Assembly: GCA_965112735.1 (NCBI GenBank)
Contig: OZ218953.1
Coordinates: forward strand, 744,001-808,000
DNA length: 64,000 nt
Reading direction: 5' to 3'
Source of the DNA: Phaeosaccion multiseriatum
Taxonomy: Eukaryota > Protista > Ochrophyta, other classes
The notes under the pieces were generated by a model. It worked only from the letters and a program-made list of their open reading frames with translations, ran no database searches and was not told the DNA's origin. A program made the translations under genes and the position numbers. Positions 50,152 through 62,200 of the stretch are shown here, piece after piece (position 1 is the stretch's first letter; each line of letters opens with the position of its first letter).

Positions 50152-51052
50152 ATGCCGATAATTCCTCGCTTCACCGTGACTCAGGATGTCAAGAGTGTAA
50201 TGGTGGCGATCAAAGTGCCATACATTCGAGTAGCGGCGGCCGAGACGTTCGTGGAGGGTCGGAGTTTTTCCTTCTATTGCAAGGTGCGAGCCGCTTTATT
50301 CGCTGGCTGCCCCGTAGCCGCAGCCTCGCGGAACACGCCCTCAATATGATTGGTCCTGCTTCTGCTTTCGCTGCTTCCTTCTCTCCTCCCCTCTCTTCTC
50401 CCCTCTCTTTCCTCGTCCCCTGTCCCTTGCCCTGGGGTGGCAGCCGTATCTGCTGAAGCTGACACTACCCGGCGCAGTACTGGACGATGACGCTTGCAGG
50501 GCGCAGTACAATCCAGACGACGACAACGGGACCATCACAGTTCGTCTGCCGAAGGTGCTGTACCCACCTCAAGAGGGACTCTACCTCACTCTCTCTCTTG
50601 ATCTGATGATACAACGACCGTACCCACAGGCCCAGGAAGGCGAGCACTTTCCCGACCTAGACCTCACGACTCAGCTCCTGCAACGCCAATGGAACCCCAA
50701 TGCTCGAGAGGATACAGAGGGACACCTCCCTGCCAATATCGAAGTGTTGGCGTCGTCATCGTCGCTCGCGCAAGAGGGAGGGTGTGGGGCAGGCGGAGAC
50801 TCTGGCATGGGGGTCAAGGGCGAAGACGACGATGATGAAGAGGCGGAGGAGGAGGAGCGGCTGGAAGAGGAAATGGCGCTAGGAGACCTCCTGATACAAA
50901 AGCCTCGATACGGTTTCAACGACCGGGTGCGTTCGATGTGCTAACGCGAGGCAAGCTCGATCTTGGGTCTGCTACGCGTGTCCGGTGGTCTCTCTGTGTC
51001 TCTGGCTCATTCTCTCTCTCTCTTCACTCTCTCTCTCTCTCCTGCTGCCTAT

Positions 51053-51093
<41 letters not shown>

Positions 51094-51802
51094 GCTCTCT
51101 GTCTTCTGTCACCTCCACTTCACTATCAACGACCAACCCCATCCCTTCCCCGCCTCACCCTAGTCCCTGCCGGTCCCCCCCCCCCCTTCCCTGCCCATAC
51201 AGCACTGCGGCTTCTTTACCCACTTGCGTGAAGAGCTGGCTGAGATGCTGGAGCTCGCCTCCCCCGACCACACTCCGGCACACAAGAGGAGGGTCCTGAG
51301 GATTGAGAAAGAGCGCACCACCTTCGACAGAGAGAGGTAAGTGCTGCATCAATCAGTCAACCACCCAAACAATACAAGCAAACCAACCCATTCATCAACC
51401 AAACAACCAACCAGCCACCCGCGTCTTCCGCAGGGGCATGTTCCATCCTCCTCCCTTGCCTCTATGCTTCCATTCCCTGCCCTGCCCTCGATGTGGTGTG
51501 ACTTTGCTTTGCGCGGCGCAAGTGCAACGGGCGTGTATCTCGTGTCGGTGAACACGCACCAACTCTCGTGTGGTGTATATATTATATATATATATATATA
51601 AATATATATTGACTGATGGGAATCAACCTAAGAATTTGTGTGTGTGTTACTCTTGTGTGGTGCGGCTGCATTCGCAGGTATATGGGGGATTTTATTGAGG
51701 CGGAGGACGACCCCATCTATCAAGAGGCTCAGGGATTCGTCCCCTCATGGGCGGCACCAAATCGACCAAAAGAAGCAGCACCAACACCAGCATCAGCATC
51801 AG

Positions 51803-51838
<36 letters not shown>

Positions 51839-54800
51839 ATGGCCCAAGAGGAGAAGACAGTGGCAGCAGTGACGGTAGCAAAAGCAATGTGGCCTTCTTT
51901 ACCGCCGAGGAGCAGGAGCAGCTCCAGAGCCTGCCCAGCCGCGAATACCTGGTGCCGCCGGAGAGCGTTACAGAAAAGCGCCTCCTTGTGGGTTTGGCCG
52001 ACGTGCTCTTCGGTCTGGCCTATGACACACGCACCACGGGGGGGGAGAGCACCGTGGAGTCGGCCTGGACCATCGCCATCCTTAGGTGCGTACGTACGTA
52101 CGTAGGTAGGTAGGTAGGTAGGTAGGTAGGTAGGTAGGTAGGTAGGTAGGTAGGCAGGTAGGCAGGTAGGTAGTAGGCATATGTGTATGTAAGTATGTAT
52201 GTATGTATCCCTCCCCGAACCCCCCCCCCTGCATACCTCCAACCAACCCAAATGCATGGCATTACTTTGCTGTGCGTCTACCTCCCCCTCCTGGCCGTCC
52301 GCAGCACGTCAATGAGCTGGCTGGAGCCGCAGCCGTCGTCGGAGAGAGAAGCCATCATCGCCTCTCTTCGGAGATCTCTCATCTACCCCTATCTGAGAGT
52401 GTGGGACTTTTCCATGCGGTAAGCGGGCTGGTGGACGGGGAGAGGGGAGGGGAGGGGAGGGGAGGGAGGCGAAGGGAATGGGAATGGGAATGGGAATGGG
52501 AATGAAGAGAAGGAGAAGAGAGGGGAGAAACAGAAAGTGCAACCCACTTGGGCCGCGTGTGAGAAGCAACGTCAGAATTGGCTCTCCCCCGTACCCCTCC
52601 CCCCCTCCTCACCTCACCTTGGTCAGTCAGTCAGCCAGCCATGTGGGGCCTATTGACCCACCCGTCCCCTCCTCCCCTCCTACCCCACGCGGTACTCCCC
52701 CCGGACCCCCCTCCCCATCTGCCTAACCGTATGCCTCCATCTGCTTGTCGCAGATGTGCCCGCGATGTGGGAGAGGTGTTGATGAAGGGCAAGCGCGAGG
52801 TGCTCCGCTGCTTGTTAAAGGTGAGGAGGGAAGGAAGGAGGGAGGGAGGGAGGGAGGGAGGGAGGGAGGGAGGGAGGGAGGGAGGGAGGGATGCCGCCAA
52901 TCAAGCTGGAGGGGAAGAGGTACGCGCTTTTGAGACGTGTGTGTGTTTGTGTGTGTTTGCATGATTGGCACAGGGAGAAGTAGTCATCTTCCCTTGCAGT
53001 GCAGCGGGGCCAAATGCACCATACAGGGCCAAGCGTCAGAACAGAAAAACACAAGCGTTAGGCGTCGTCGGACAGTAACCCCCTCGCCCCCCCCTCTTCG
53101 CCCCCTCTTCCAAATCGAACCCTCTTCCTCTGTCCCTCGCGCTCTCTCTGTGGACCTTCCTCTCTCTACCTCTCTTCTCTCCTTTCCGCTTCCTCTCTCT
53201 CTCCATCTCTTCGCTTCTCCCTCTCTCTCTAACCCTTACCCCTTTCTCTCTCTCTCCCTCGGTGCTCTGTGGGGACAGATCCATCGAGTTTTACAGAGGG
53301 CGGAAATACACTACCTCCACAACAAGTGAGTGAGTTGGTTGTCCACCAGTAGTAACAAGGCAAGGCGCAGTCGCCATCTGGCGATGGGTCTCGATTGAAT
53401 GATGTGATTGGGATCCACGGTGGGCAAGGCACAGCACCTCCTCCGCTCGTTGACGTGATGCTCTCTACCCCCTTGCAAGTGTTCTGCGGCTCGCTGCCGA
53501 ATGCTCACTCTCTCTCTTCTTTGTGACAGAATTGCGTATAAATGGGAGAGTGAGAAAGCTGTCAGATCCATCACTCTCTGGTCTCTGACTTTCTCTCCCT
53601 CCCCTCTCCTTCTATTACTCTTTGAGTCTCTCTCCCTCTCCGTCTCCGTCTCTGTGTCCCTTTCCTCCCTCCCTCTTAACCCCCCCCCCCTCTCTCCTCT
53701 GTCTCTCCCCCCCTCTCTTAGACTCTTCATCGATGACTTCTGTGTGTGGGTCCAACATGTTCGTGACGACGCGTTAACGGCGTTGGGAGAGCGCTACCTG
53801 ACTGCGTTGAGCATTATTGAGAAGCCCCATGTAGGGCTCGGGCTGGTGGAGCTTGAAGCAGAGGCTTTGAGCATCTTGGCGGGTCAGGAGGATGAAGACG
53901 GGGAGGAGGAGGAGGAGGAGGAGGAGGAGGAGGAGGAGGAGGAGGAGGAGGAGGAGGAGGAGGAGGATGACGAGGAGAGCGAGGAGAGCGAGGAGAGCGA
54001 GGAGGAGGGTGAGGAGGAGGGTGAGGAGGAGGAGGAGGAGGAGGAGGAGGAGGAGGAGGGTGAGGAGGAGGAGGGGGGGCAAAAGCGCCGCCCCCTCATT
54101 CCTTCTGAACAACCTTGCGTAGTGCTCCAATCGATTAAGTCTGTCGACTCAGAGACCGAGCAGGCCGTTGAGAAGATGTTGGGCCTTGACGAGCTGCGAG
54201 AGGACGCGGAAGAGCGGCAGCGTCTTGTGCAGCAGCAGCAGCAGCAGCAGCGGGGGAGGGGAAGGGGAGGGGGGACGCAGAGGCCAGTCGCCCTATCGAG
54301 AGAGGAGGCCACAAGAGTTCTCACTGTGTCTGCTGCGGTAGCCAGGCCCAACGGGGCGGCAGGAAAGACAGATACAGGCCCAGCAGCAGCAGCAGTTGGT
54401 GAGGCAGCAGTTGGTGATACAACCCGCGTGGAGCTGGAGGATTCACCTCCTCCTCCTCCTCCTCCTCCTCCCTCGTCGACATCCGCAGCGGGTTCGGAGA
54501 GCTCGGGGGTGGCGAACGACAGCAGCGGAGGCGGCGACAAGAGTCTCCTGCAGCAGCCGGAGAAGGATCAGGAGGAAGGAGGCCTTCTCTCTCTTGGCAA
54601 GCAGCGAGCCGTGTGTAGCCTGCTGGGGCTGGAGCTGCCTACTGCTGCTGCAGCTGGAGGGGGAGGGGGGGGGGCAGCGCTGGAGGAGGTGCGGGGGCTG
54701 TTTGGGGAGTTGCGCCTACCGGGTGGAGAGGGCGGAGGAGGAGGAGACGGAGGGGGGGGTGGAGGGGGGAGTAAGGCCGAGGGAAAGGCGGTTCTCATTA

Positions 54801-54862
54801 GCGAGATCGTGGATGATAATGCCAGTAGCAGCAGCAGCAGCAACATCGGTGGCGGTACTTAA
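50152..54862 (+). CDS. SHQ1: SHQ1, H/ACA snoRNP assembly factor, about 9 exons
   Basis: MPIIPRFTVTQD..IKVPYIR..FSFYCK|PYLLKLTLPG (CS domain), EHFPDLDLTTQLL, YGFN, DVLFGLAYDTRTTGGESTVESAWTI, RRSLIYPYLR, VLRCLL and LFIDDFCVWVQ; acidic tail. Confidence 0.92.
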
Positions 54863-55767
54863 AAAAGAAGATAGCGAGGAGTGGATTCTTCATTATCAAG
54901 ATTAAGTACTTCAGTAATACTTTAATACTTCAGTAGTAGTACATACATGAGAGAGAGAGCGAGCAGCACACGAGGGATGAACCGATATTTCTTCAAGAAA
55001 ATAGATTTTAAGTATATAAGTATATAAAAAGAAGGCGTGGCTCTTCCTCCTTCCCTCCTTGCTTGCTTGCTTGTCCTCTTGGGTGGAAGCTCCTGTATCG
55101 TTCCTGGACAGTTCCCGGACAGTTCCCGGGCATTTCTCTGGTCGAGGGTTCGCAACAAATCAGCCACAAGTGCTGCCGTAAGCCACAGACAGCAATGGCA
55201 CTCTGCTCCAGTGGGAAGGCTTACAAGCCCCTTCAAGTGGATCGGCGTACGGACGGGGATACACCATACACCATTCACCCCTTATTCCTTGTTGTTGTGT
55301 CAGCCTACAAATCAATGATAAGCGCAGGCCTTCATCGTCCCTACTTGGGTTCAGCTGACTGGGCCCGGAAACCGTCTGCCCACTGGAGGAGCACGTTTGC
55401 CCTGCTGCACAGCTCTCGACTCTTGGCGGCCATGAATTGCTACACGCATACGTACGCACCACGTATAAGACATTCAGAATACCACAGCACAGCAAAGCAC
55501 ATATCAGTGGGTGAAGGCAGATAGTCTGTCCGGAAAGGGCATCATCATTGTTGTTCAATGCGGTACTACAAAGTCCAAAGACGAGCATCATGTGTCTGGC
55601 CAATACCGCAAGCCGGGCAGTAGATCAACTGGCAGTGACATCCTTTGGATCTCTTGCTCTACAAGCAAAGAGGCGGAGGAGCCCAGATGATGCCAAAGGC
55701 CAATCCCGAGCTGTGACTCGCGCGTGACCCCTCCGGCCGCCGCAGTCGACACTCATCAATGGTATTG

Positions 55768-58320
55768 TCAACCCCCACCGGGGACTCGCATCACCACCCT
55801 CCCCGGGTTGTGTTCATCTTCCCATACTTCGACGCCCGGCCTCTCCTGCAAATAGGCCAGCACCGCGGGCTTGAGAACGCTGACGCCGTGCTCGCTGCCT
55901 CGGCCTCGGCCTATGATAACTTTGACCTCAGCCCCCACCTTCGCATCTGAGAGCACGTGACGAAGCGCTGCCTTGCTCGTTCCCCTGGTGAAATCGTGCA
56001 AGTCCACCAACCTCCCAGGCTTCAGCCAGTGTGTGAAGACTCCTTGCGACAAGGCCTTTGCGTACAGCTCATCAGCAGCCTCCTCCTCACCACCCTCCTG
56101 CACAGCATCAATAATGGCGCTGTAGGTCGTTCGGTCAGGAGCGAGTCCTTCTCCAGTCATCTCCCTCAGCAAACCCAATGCCTCCACGTGTTGACCGGCC
56201 TTGGCGCAAGCATTTATGGTAGCGTTATAGCTGACTTCATTCGGCTTGATGCCCTCCGCCTTCATCCCCCTCAGCAAGCCCAATGCCTCCACGTGTTGAC
56301 CGGCCTTGGCGCAAGCATCAATGGTGGCGTTGTAGCTGACTGCGTCCGGCTTGATGCCCTCCGCCTTCATCTCCCTCAGTAAGCCCAATGCCTCCAAGTG
56401 TTGGCTGGCCTTGGCGCAAGCATCAATGGTGGTAGTGTAGCTGACTACATTCGGCTTGATACCCTCCGCCTTCATCTCCCTCAGCAAACCCAATGCCTCC
56501 AAGGGTTGGCTGGCCTTGGCGCAGGCATTAATGGTGGCGTTGTAGCTGACTTCATTCGGCTTGATGCCCTCCGCCTTCATCTCCCTCAGCAAACCCAATG
56601 CCTCCACGTGTTGACTGGCCTTGGCGCAAGCATCAATGGTGGCGTTGTAGCTGACTACTTCCGGCTTGATGCCCTCCGCCTTCATCTCCCTCAGTAAGCA
56701 CAATGCCTCCACGTGTTGGCTGGCCTTGGCGCAAGCATTAATGGTGGCGGTGTAGCTAACTACATCCGGCTTGACACCCTCCGCCTCCATCTCCCTCAGT
56801 AAGCCCAATGCCTCCACGTGTTGACCGGCCTTGGCGCAAGCATCAATGGTGGCGCTGTAGCTGACTACATCCGGCTTGATGCCCTCCGCCTTCATCTCCC
56901 TCAGTAAGCCCAATGCCTCCGCGTGCTGGCCGGTTTTGGCGCAAGCATCGATGGTGGCGTTGTAGCTGACTGCATCCGGCTTGATGCCCTCCGCCTTCAT
57001 CTCCCTCAGTAAGCCCACTGCCTCCACATGTTGACTGGCCTTGGCGCAAGCATCGATGGTGGCGCTGTAGCTAACTACATCCGGCTTGATACCCTCCGCC
57101 TCCATCTCCCTCAGTAAGCCCAATGCCTCCACGTGTTGACCGGCCTTGGCGAAAGCATCAATGGTGGCGTTGTAGCTGACTTCATCCGGCTTGATGCCCT
57201 CCGCCTTCATCTTCCTCAGTAAGCCCAATGCCTCCACGTGTTGGTTGGCCTTGGCGCAAGCATCAATGGTGGCGTTGTAGCTGACTACATTCGGCTTGAT
57301 ACCCTCCGCCTTCATCCCCATCAGTAAGCCCAATGCCTCCAAGTGTTGGCTGGCCTTGGCGCAAGCATCAATGGTGGCAGTGTAGCTGACTACATTCGGC
57401 TTGATACCCTCCGCCTTCATCTCCCTCAGCAAACCCAATGCCTCCAAGTGTTGGCTGGCCTTGGCGCAGGCATTAATGGTGGCGTTGTAGCTGACTTCAT
57501 TCGGCTTGATGCCCTCCGCCTTCATCTCCCTCAGCAAACCCAATGCCTCCACGTGTTGACTGGCCTTGGCGCAAGCATCAATGGTGGCGGTGTAGCTGAC
57601 TGCATCCGGCTTGATGCCCTCCACCTTCATCTCCCTCAGTAAGCCCAATGCCTCCACGTGTTGACTGGCCTTGGCGCAAGCATCAATGGTGGCGGTGTAG
57701 CTGACTGCATCCGGCTTGATGCCCTCCACCTTCATCTCCCTCAGTAAGCCCAATGCCTCCACGTGTTGGTTGGCCTTGGCGCATGCATCGATGGTGGTGT
57801 TGTAGCTAACTATATCCGGCTTGATGCCCTCCGCCTTCATCTCCCTCAGCAAACCCACTGCCTCCACGTGTTGCCTACCCCTGGCGCATGCGTTTATGGT
57901 GGTGTTGTAGCTGATTACATCCGGCTTGATGCCCTCCGCTTTCATCTCCACTAGAAGAGCCAAAGCGCCCTTCCACCGCCGGCACTTCCCAATCGCGGAA
58001 ATTGCAGCATTAAAACAGTACCGGTCGGGATTGAGGCCATCTCGCCGTGCGCGCTCCAAAGTAGGTGCCACCCTCTTCCAATCCTTGCTCTTCCCCAGAG
58101 CTTGAAGCTCTCTGAAAAGCCGGAGTTGTCTCCCTCGTTCCTTAGCCCCCCCAGTAGAGAAACAGAACAACTGCTGATGCAGCTGCTTGTGCTGATGGAG
58201 CGTAGGGCCCGTTCGCCGTTCTTCTACTGCCGCGGGTCCTCTTCTATTCATGCCAATGCGGGAGAAGCAGCAGCGTCTGACCACCTTTCTCAGCGACATC
58301 ACTCGCATCATCATCATCAT
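55768..58320 (-). CDS. PPR-Smr protein copy B: 850 aa, intronless, 18 full PPR motifs + one degenerate motif + Smr domain
   Basis: Arg-rich N-terminus lacking acidic residues in the first ~30 aa (mitochondrial presequence-like). PPR array. Smr motifs VDLHDFT, IIGRGRGS, LKPAV and NPGRV. Confidence 0.93.
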   Translation of the reverse strand: MMMMMRVMSLRKVVRRCCFSRIGMNRRGPAAVEERRTGPTLHQHKQLHQQLFCFSTGGAKERGRQLRLFRELQALGKSKDWKRVAPTLERARRDGLNPDRYCFNAAISAIGKCRRWKGALALLVEMKAEGIKPDVISYNTTINACARGRQHVEAVGLLREMKAEGIKPDIVSYNTTIDACAKANQHVEALGLLREMKVEGIKPDAVSYTATIDACAKASQHVEALGLLREMKVEGIKPDAVSYTATIDACAKASQHVEALGLLREMKAEGIKPNEVSYNATINACAKASQHLEALGLLREMKAEGIKPNVVSYTATIDACAKASQHLEALGLLMGMKAEGIKPNVVSYNATIDACAKANQHVEALGLLRKMKAEGIKPDEVSYNATIDAFAKAGQHVEALGLLREMEAEGIKPDVVSYSATIDACAKASQHVEAVGLLREMKAEGIKPDAVSYNATIDACAKTGQHAEALGLLREMKAEGIKPDVVSYSATIDACAKAGQHVEALGLLREMEAEGVKPDVVSYTATINACAKASQHVEALCLLREMKAEGIKPEVVSYNATIDACAKASQHVEALGLLREMKAEGIKPNEVSYNATINACAKASQPLEALGLLREMKAEGIKPNVVSYTTTIDACAKASQHLEALGLLREMKAEGIKPDAVSYNATIDACAKAGQHVEALGLLRGMKAEGIKPNEVSYNATINACAKAGQHVEALGLLREMTGEGLAPDRTTYSAIIDAVQEGGEEEAADELYAKALSQGVFTHWLKPGRLVDLHDFTRGTSKAALRHVLSDAKVGAEVKVIIGRGRGSEHGVSVLKPAVLAYLQERPGVEVWEDEHNPGRVVMRVPGGG

Positions 58321-58591
58321 CTTTGCTACCAGGTGTTGGTGCTGCTTCTTGCCAAATACAAATATAGCTACACGCCGTGCGTGTGGCCAACAATCGTATC
58401 CCTACCCACGCAGCCACAAGAAGGATGATCCAAGAAGCAAGGAGGAGCCAAGAAGAACCAAGAAGAAGAAAAAAAAAGAGTTGGAGAACCAACATGGAAG
58501 GCGGCGGACGGGCATCCAACACTTTCACACTTTCAGTTTCTTAGGTGATTCCTATGAAGTCAATAAAGTGTACCCCTTCATAGCAGCAGCG

Positions 58592-59144
58592 ATGCCGATA
58601 ATTCCTCGATTCACCGTGACTCAGGATGTCAAGAGTGTAGTAGTGGCGATCAAAGTGCCATACATTCGAGTAGCGGCGGGCGAGACGTTTGTGGAGGGTC
58701 GGAGTTTTTCCTTCCATTGCAAGGTGCGCGCCGCTTTATTCGCTGGCTGCCCCGTAGCCGCAGCCGCGCGCGCAGTACTGGACGATGACGCTTGCAGGGC
58801 GCAGTACAATCCAGACGAAGACAACGGGACCATCACAATTCGTCTGCCGAAGGTGCTGTACCATCTCAAGAGGGAGCACACAACCTGTCTACCTCACTCT
58901 CTCCCTTGATCAGGTGATACAACGACCGTACCCACAGGCCCAGGAAGGCGAGCACTTTCCCGACCTAGACCTCACGACTCAGCTCCTGCAACGCCAATGG
59001 AACCCCAATGCTCGAGAGGATACAGAGGGACACCTCCCTGCCAATATCGAAGTGCTAGCGTCGTTATCGACGCTCGCGCAAGAGGGAGGGTGTGGGATTG
59101 TTGGTGGAGACTCTGCCATGGGGGTCAAGGGCGAAGACGACGAT
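58592..59144 (+). pseudogene. SHQ1: 5' fragment of SHQ1 (duplicate)
   Basis: Near-identical to 50152-50833 but lacks about 145 bp including the first intron's acceptor and PYLLKLTLP. Homology stops abruptly at 59144. Confidence 0.9.
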
Positions 59145-59217
59145 CCTCCTCCTCCTCCTCCTCCTCCTCCTCCTCCTCCTCCTCCTCCTCATCCTCCTCC
59201 TCCTCCTCCTCCTCCTC

Positions 59218-59268
<51 letters not shown>

Positions 59269-62200
59269 GTCCTCCTCCTCCTCCTCCTCCAGTATGCGGC
59301 CACCAACGTCGGCCAAGTGCCTCATGGTGGGTCTCCCATGTGGGCAGTTCCAAGGCTGGTCCATGTCTCCCATATGGTGCACCACCTTGCGCATTTGACT
59401 CACAGATAGCGCAGTGCCGATCATAAAGGAGGAGCGACACGAACGGGACGCAAACATGGCCCGCACCTGCACAGGGGGGAAGGGAGGGAGGGAGGGAGGG
59501 AAGGAGAGCAAGAGAGAGGGTCGTAAGGCACTAGGGGAAGGAGGTCAATTCTGTACAGCATGCGAAAGCGTATGAAGCCCCGAGAGCACAGTATACACTC
59601 CTCTCTCATCGCATGCCCCGCTACATACATTGGCATTGGCGCGGTTTCTCCTCCCTCATTCCGACAAATCAAGTCTTCTCCTTCGCCCCTCCCCTCGCCC
59701 TCTCTCTCTCTCTCTGATTGTTTTCGCTCTCTTCTCTCTCTCCTTCTCTCCCATGCTCTCCCTCTGCTCCCCACTCGCTCCTCCCTCTCTCCTCTCCACC
59801 CCACTCCGCCCCACCTCACCTTGGGCAGCCTTGCGGTGTCAACGCTGGAGGGGTCTTCTTGAATAATGGAGGCGAGTTCGTGCACATCTGCCACTCCGAA
59901 TTGCGTCCCCTTGCTATATGGCACCGCGGAAACCTTGAGCTTGCGGGTGGTGGGGGCATTGTCATCCACCTTGGGGGTAAACAAGAGGACGGGGGGCGAG
60001 CAGAGGAGAGGGAGAGGGGGGGGGCGGGAGGAGAAAGAGGGACAGAGGAGAAACAGATCTCGTCAGGTAAGCAGTAACAGAGTAACAAGTCTGGAAGTAG
60101 CCTAGGAAAAGATAATTCAGTACCGCACCTGGAATTTGAAACCGTTTCTCTCGAAGACGGGCATGTACTCTATGATTGTCATCTCCTCCGACGCGCTCGT
60201 CTGCAGAGGGGGTAAGTGTGTGTGTGTGTGTGGGTTGTGTGAGAGCGTGGGTGGGTGCGTGCGTGTGTGTATGTGTGTGTGTGTGCGTGGAAGTATGTGT
60301 GACGGCATCAGAGTCGGATCAAAAGAATGGAGTACACTCGGTGGAAGGGACGGGCGGCAATTCATTCCGTCATGCATAGCGCATTTGGAGAGAGCTTTGA
60401 GACGTGAGATGATATACAAGGATGACAAGAAGTGGGGAGAGGAAGATGTCCCAAACACCTTCACATCCACTTCACCCACCCATTGACTAGTTTGCTCTTC
60501 ACTGACCTCTAGCGGCATGGGCACCACGAGGGGCTGCTGATGAATGGTTGTGGTCCTCTGAAGCCGTTCGAAGTTGAACTTCTCGTCAGAGGCGTGCTGA
60601 TCGAGGATGAAGAGATCGGCGCCGAGCTGAGTGACGATAAAACCCAGGTTGAACTGTCTCCATCGATGGAAGCCGGGGGAGCAGAGGGACCGAGAGGGAG
60701 GAAGAGAGAGAGAGAGGGGGGGGGGGGGGATAGGAGGGGTGAGGAGAGAAGGCAGGCAGGCCACAAGTCACCTCATGCGACAATACGGCGCGTGGGCATG
60801 AATCCCACCTGCCCCATCCCAGCGTTCTCTCCCCCCCCCCCCATACGCCTCTAACTTCTGTGCTCTCCCTCCTCCCCTACCTGTCCGATGATGTGCATCC
60901 TCTTAAAGTGTTCCTTCTTCAGCACCCTCGAGAACGCTCTCCTTGCCGCCTCGTCGTCCTTCGCCTCTGCCCCGGCCGCGCTAAACAGTGCCGCCGCCGC
61001 CGCCTCTCCTCCTTCCCCCCCTCCTCCTTCTTCTCCTCCCCCTCCCCCTCCCCCTCCCCCTCCCCCTCCCTCCCCACCTTCGCCTCCCCCTCCCCCTTGG
61101 CCTTCACTCTGCTCCAAGGCGAGCGTCAAGGACTGCTCAACGGCCTCTCTCCTCTGCCGCTTACGCGCGTGAGTCTCTTTGGCCCTTTGCAGCATCTCCT
61201 GAGGGTCGAAGTCGAGCACACGGCTCTTGCCCTTGCCCTTGTCGGATGTGCCAAGCGTCTCTCCCTCCTCCTCCTCCTCCTCCTCCTCCTTCCCCTCCTT
61301 GTCGTCGTTGCCGTCCTCCTCCTCTTCCTTGTCCGGCTCCATCACCACTACCACGTCTTCGTCCGAGTCAGGGGAGGAGTCCCTCGCCGCCGGGTCGTCC
61401 ACATTGAACACTTCCGGACTGGGGCTCAGCCCAGCCTCATCATCAGCGTCCAGGTCATCACTATTTCCCAGCTCTCCTCTACGACGTTTCGCCCTTCTCT
61501 CTCCTCTCAGCGGGTTCTCTGCTTCCTCCTGCTCCTCATCGCTTTTCCGCCCGACATCCTCCGACGCGACTGCTTCCTCAGAGCCTGCTATCTCCTCCTC
61601 TCCCTCCTCTTCATCATCGGCGTTGGTCTTTGCGTTCAGCCACCAAGAGAGCCCTCCGTCCTCCTTCCCTGACGCACCGCCTCTTCCTTCCTTCCCTGCC
61701 CTCCCACTCGTCTGTCGAGAGATCGTCGTCGACTTGCGGGCGCTCGCTTTACCCCCTCGTCGTCCTCCCTCTCCTCCTCCTCCTCCTCCTGCTGCTGCTG
61801 CTGCTGCTGCTGCTGTCGATGACCCTACTTGGCCGCTTCTTTGTCGCTTTCTCGAAGTACCACCGCTCCCAGCCATTGCCAGCTCGCTCTTGCTCGACTG
61901 CCCCCTTCCCCCTGCACCTCCTCTGCTCACGGCAGCTCTTCGAAGATGATCAGCCCTGCTGCTGGTCTCCTCCTCCTCCTCCTCCTCCTCCTCCTCCTCC
62001 TCCTCCTCCTCCTCCTCCTCCTCCTCCTCCTCCTCCTCCTCCTCTTCCTCCTCCTCCTCCTCCTCCTCCTTCTCCCATTCTCGCTCCTGCTCCTCCTCTA
62101 CCTCCTCCTCCTGCTCATTTGCACCCGCTGCTTCTGACGGGAGAACGACGCGCATGACCTCTCCTCCTTCGTCTCCGTCTTCTTGCTCCTCATCACCCCC

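Larger units (their letters stand above)
47357..59144. repeat. Local segmental duplication: 47357-50833 repeated at 55514-59144 in direct orientation
   Basis: Same order in both copies: ~170-bp 3' spacer, PPR gene, shared divergent promoter, SHQ1 5' end. Confidence 0.9.

Noticed and set aside
54922-55690. Short ORFs downstream of SHQ1 and in the duplicated spacer
   Set aside because: No recognisable motifs, and the frames are not conserved between the two spacer copies.
47584-57950. 105-bp tandem repeats as non-coding satellite or CRISPR; plus-strand ORFs (MLAGLGASINGG...)
   Set aside because: The repeats encode canonical 35-aa PPR motifs on the minus strand. The plus-strand ORFs are antisense shadows.
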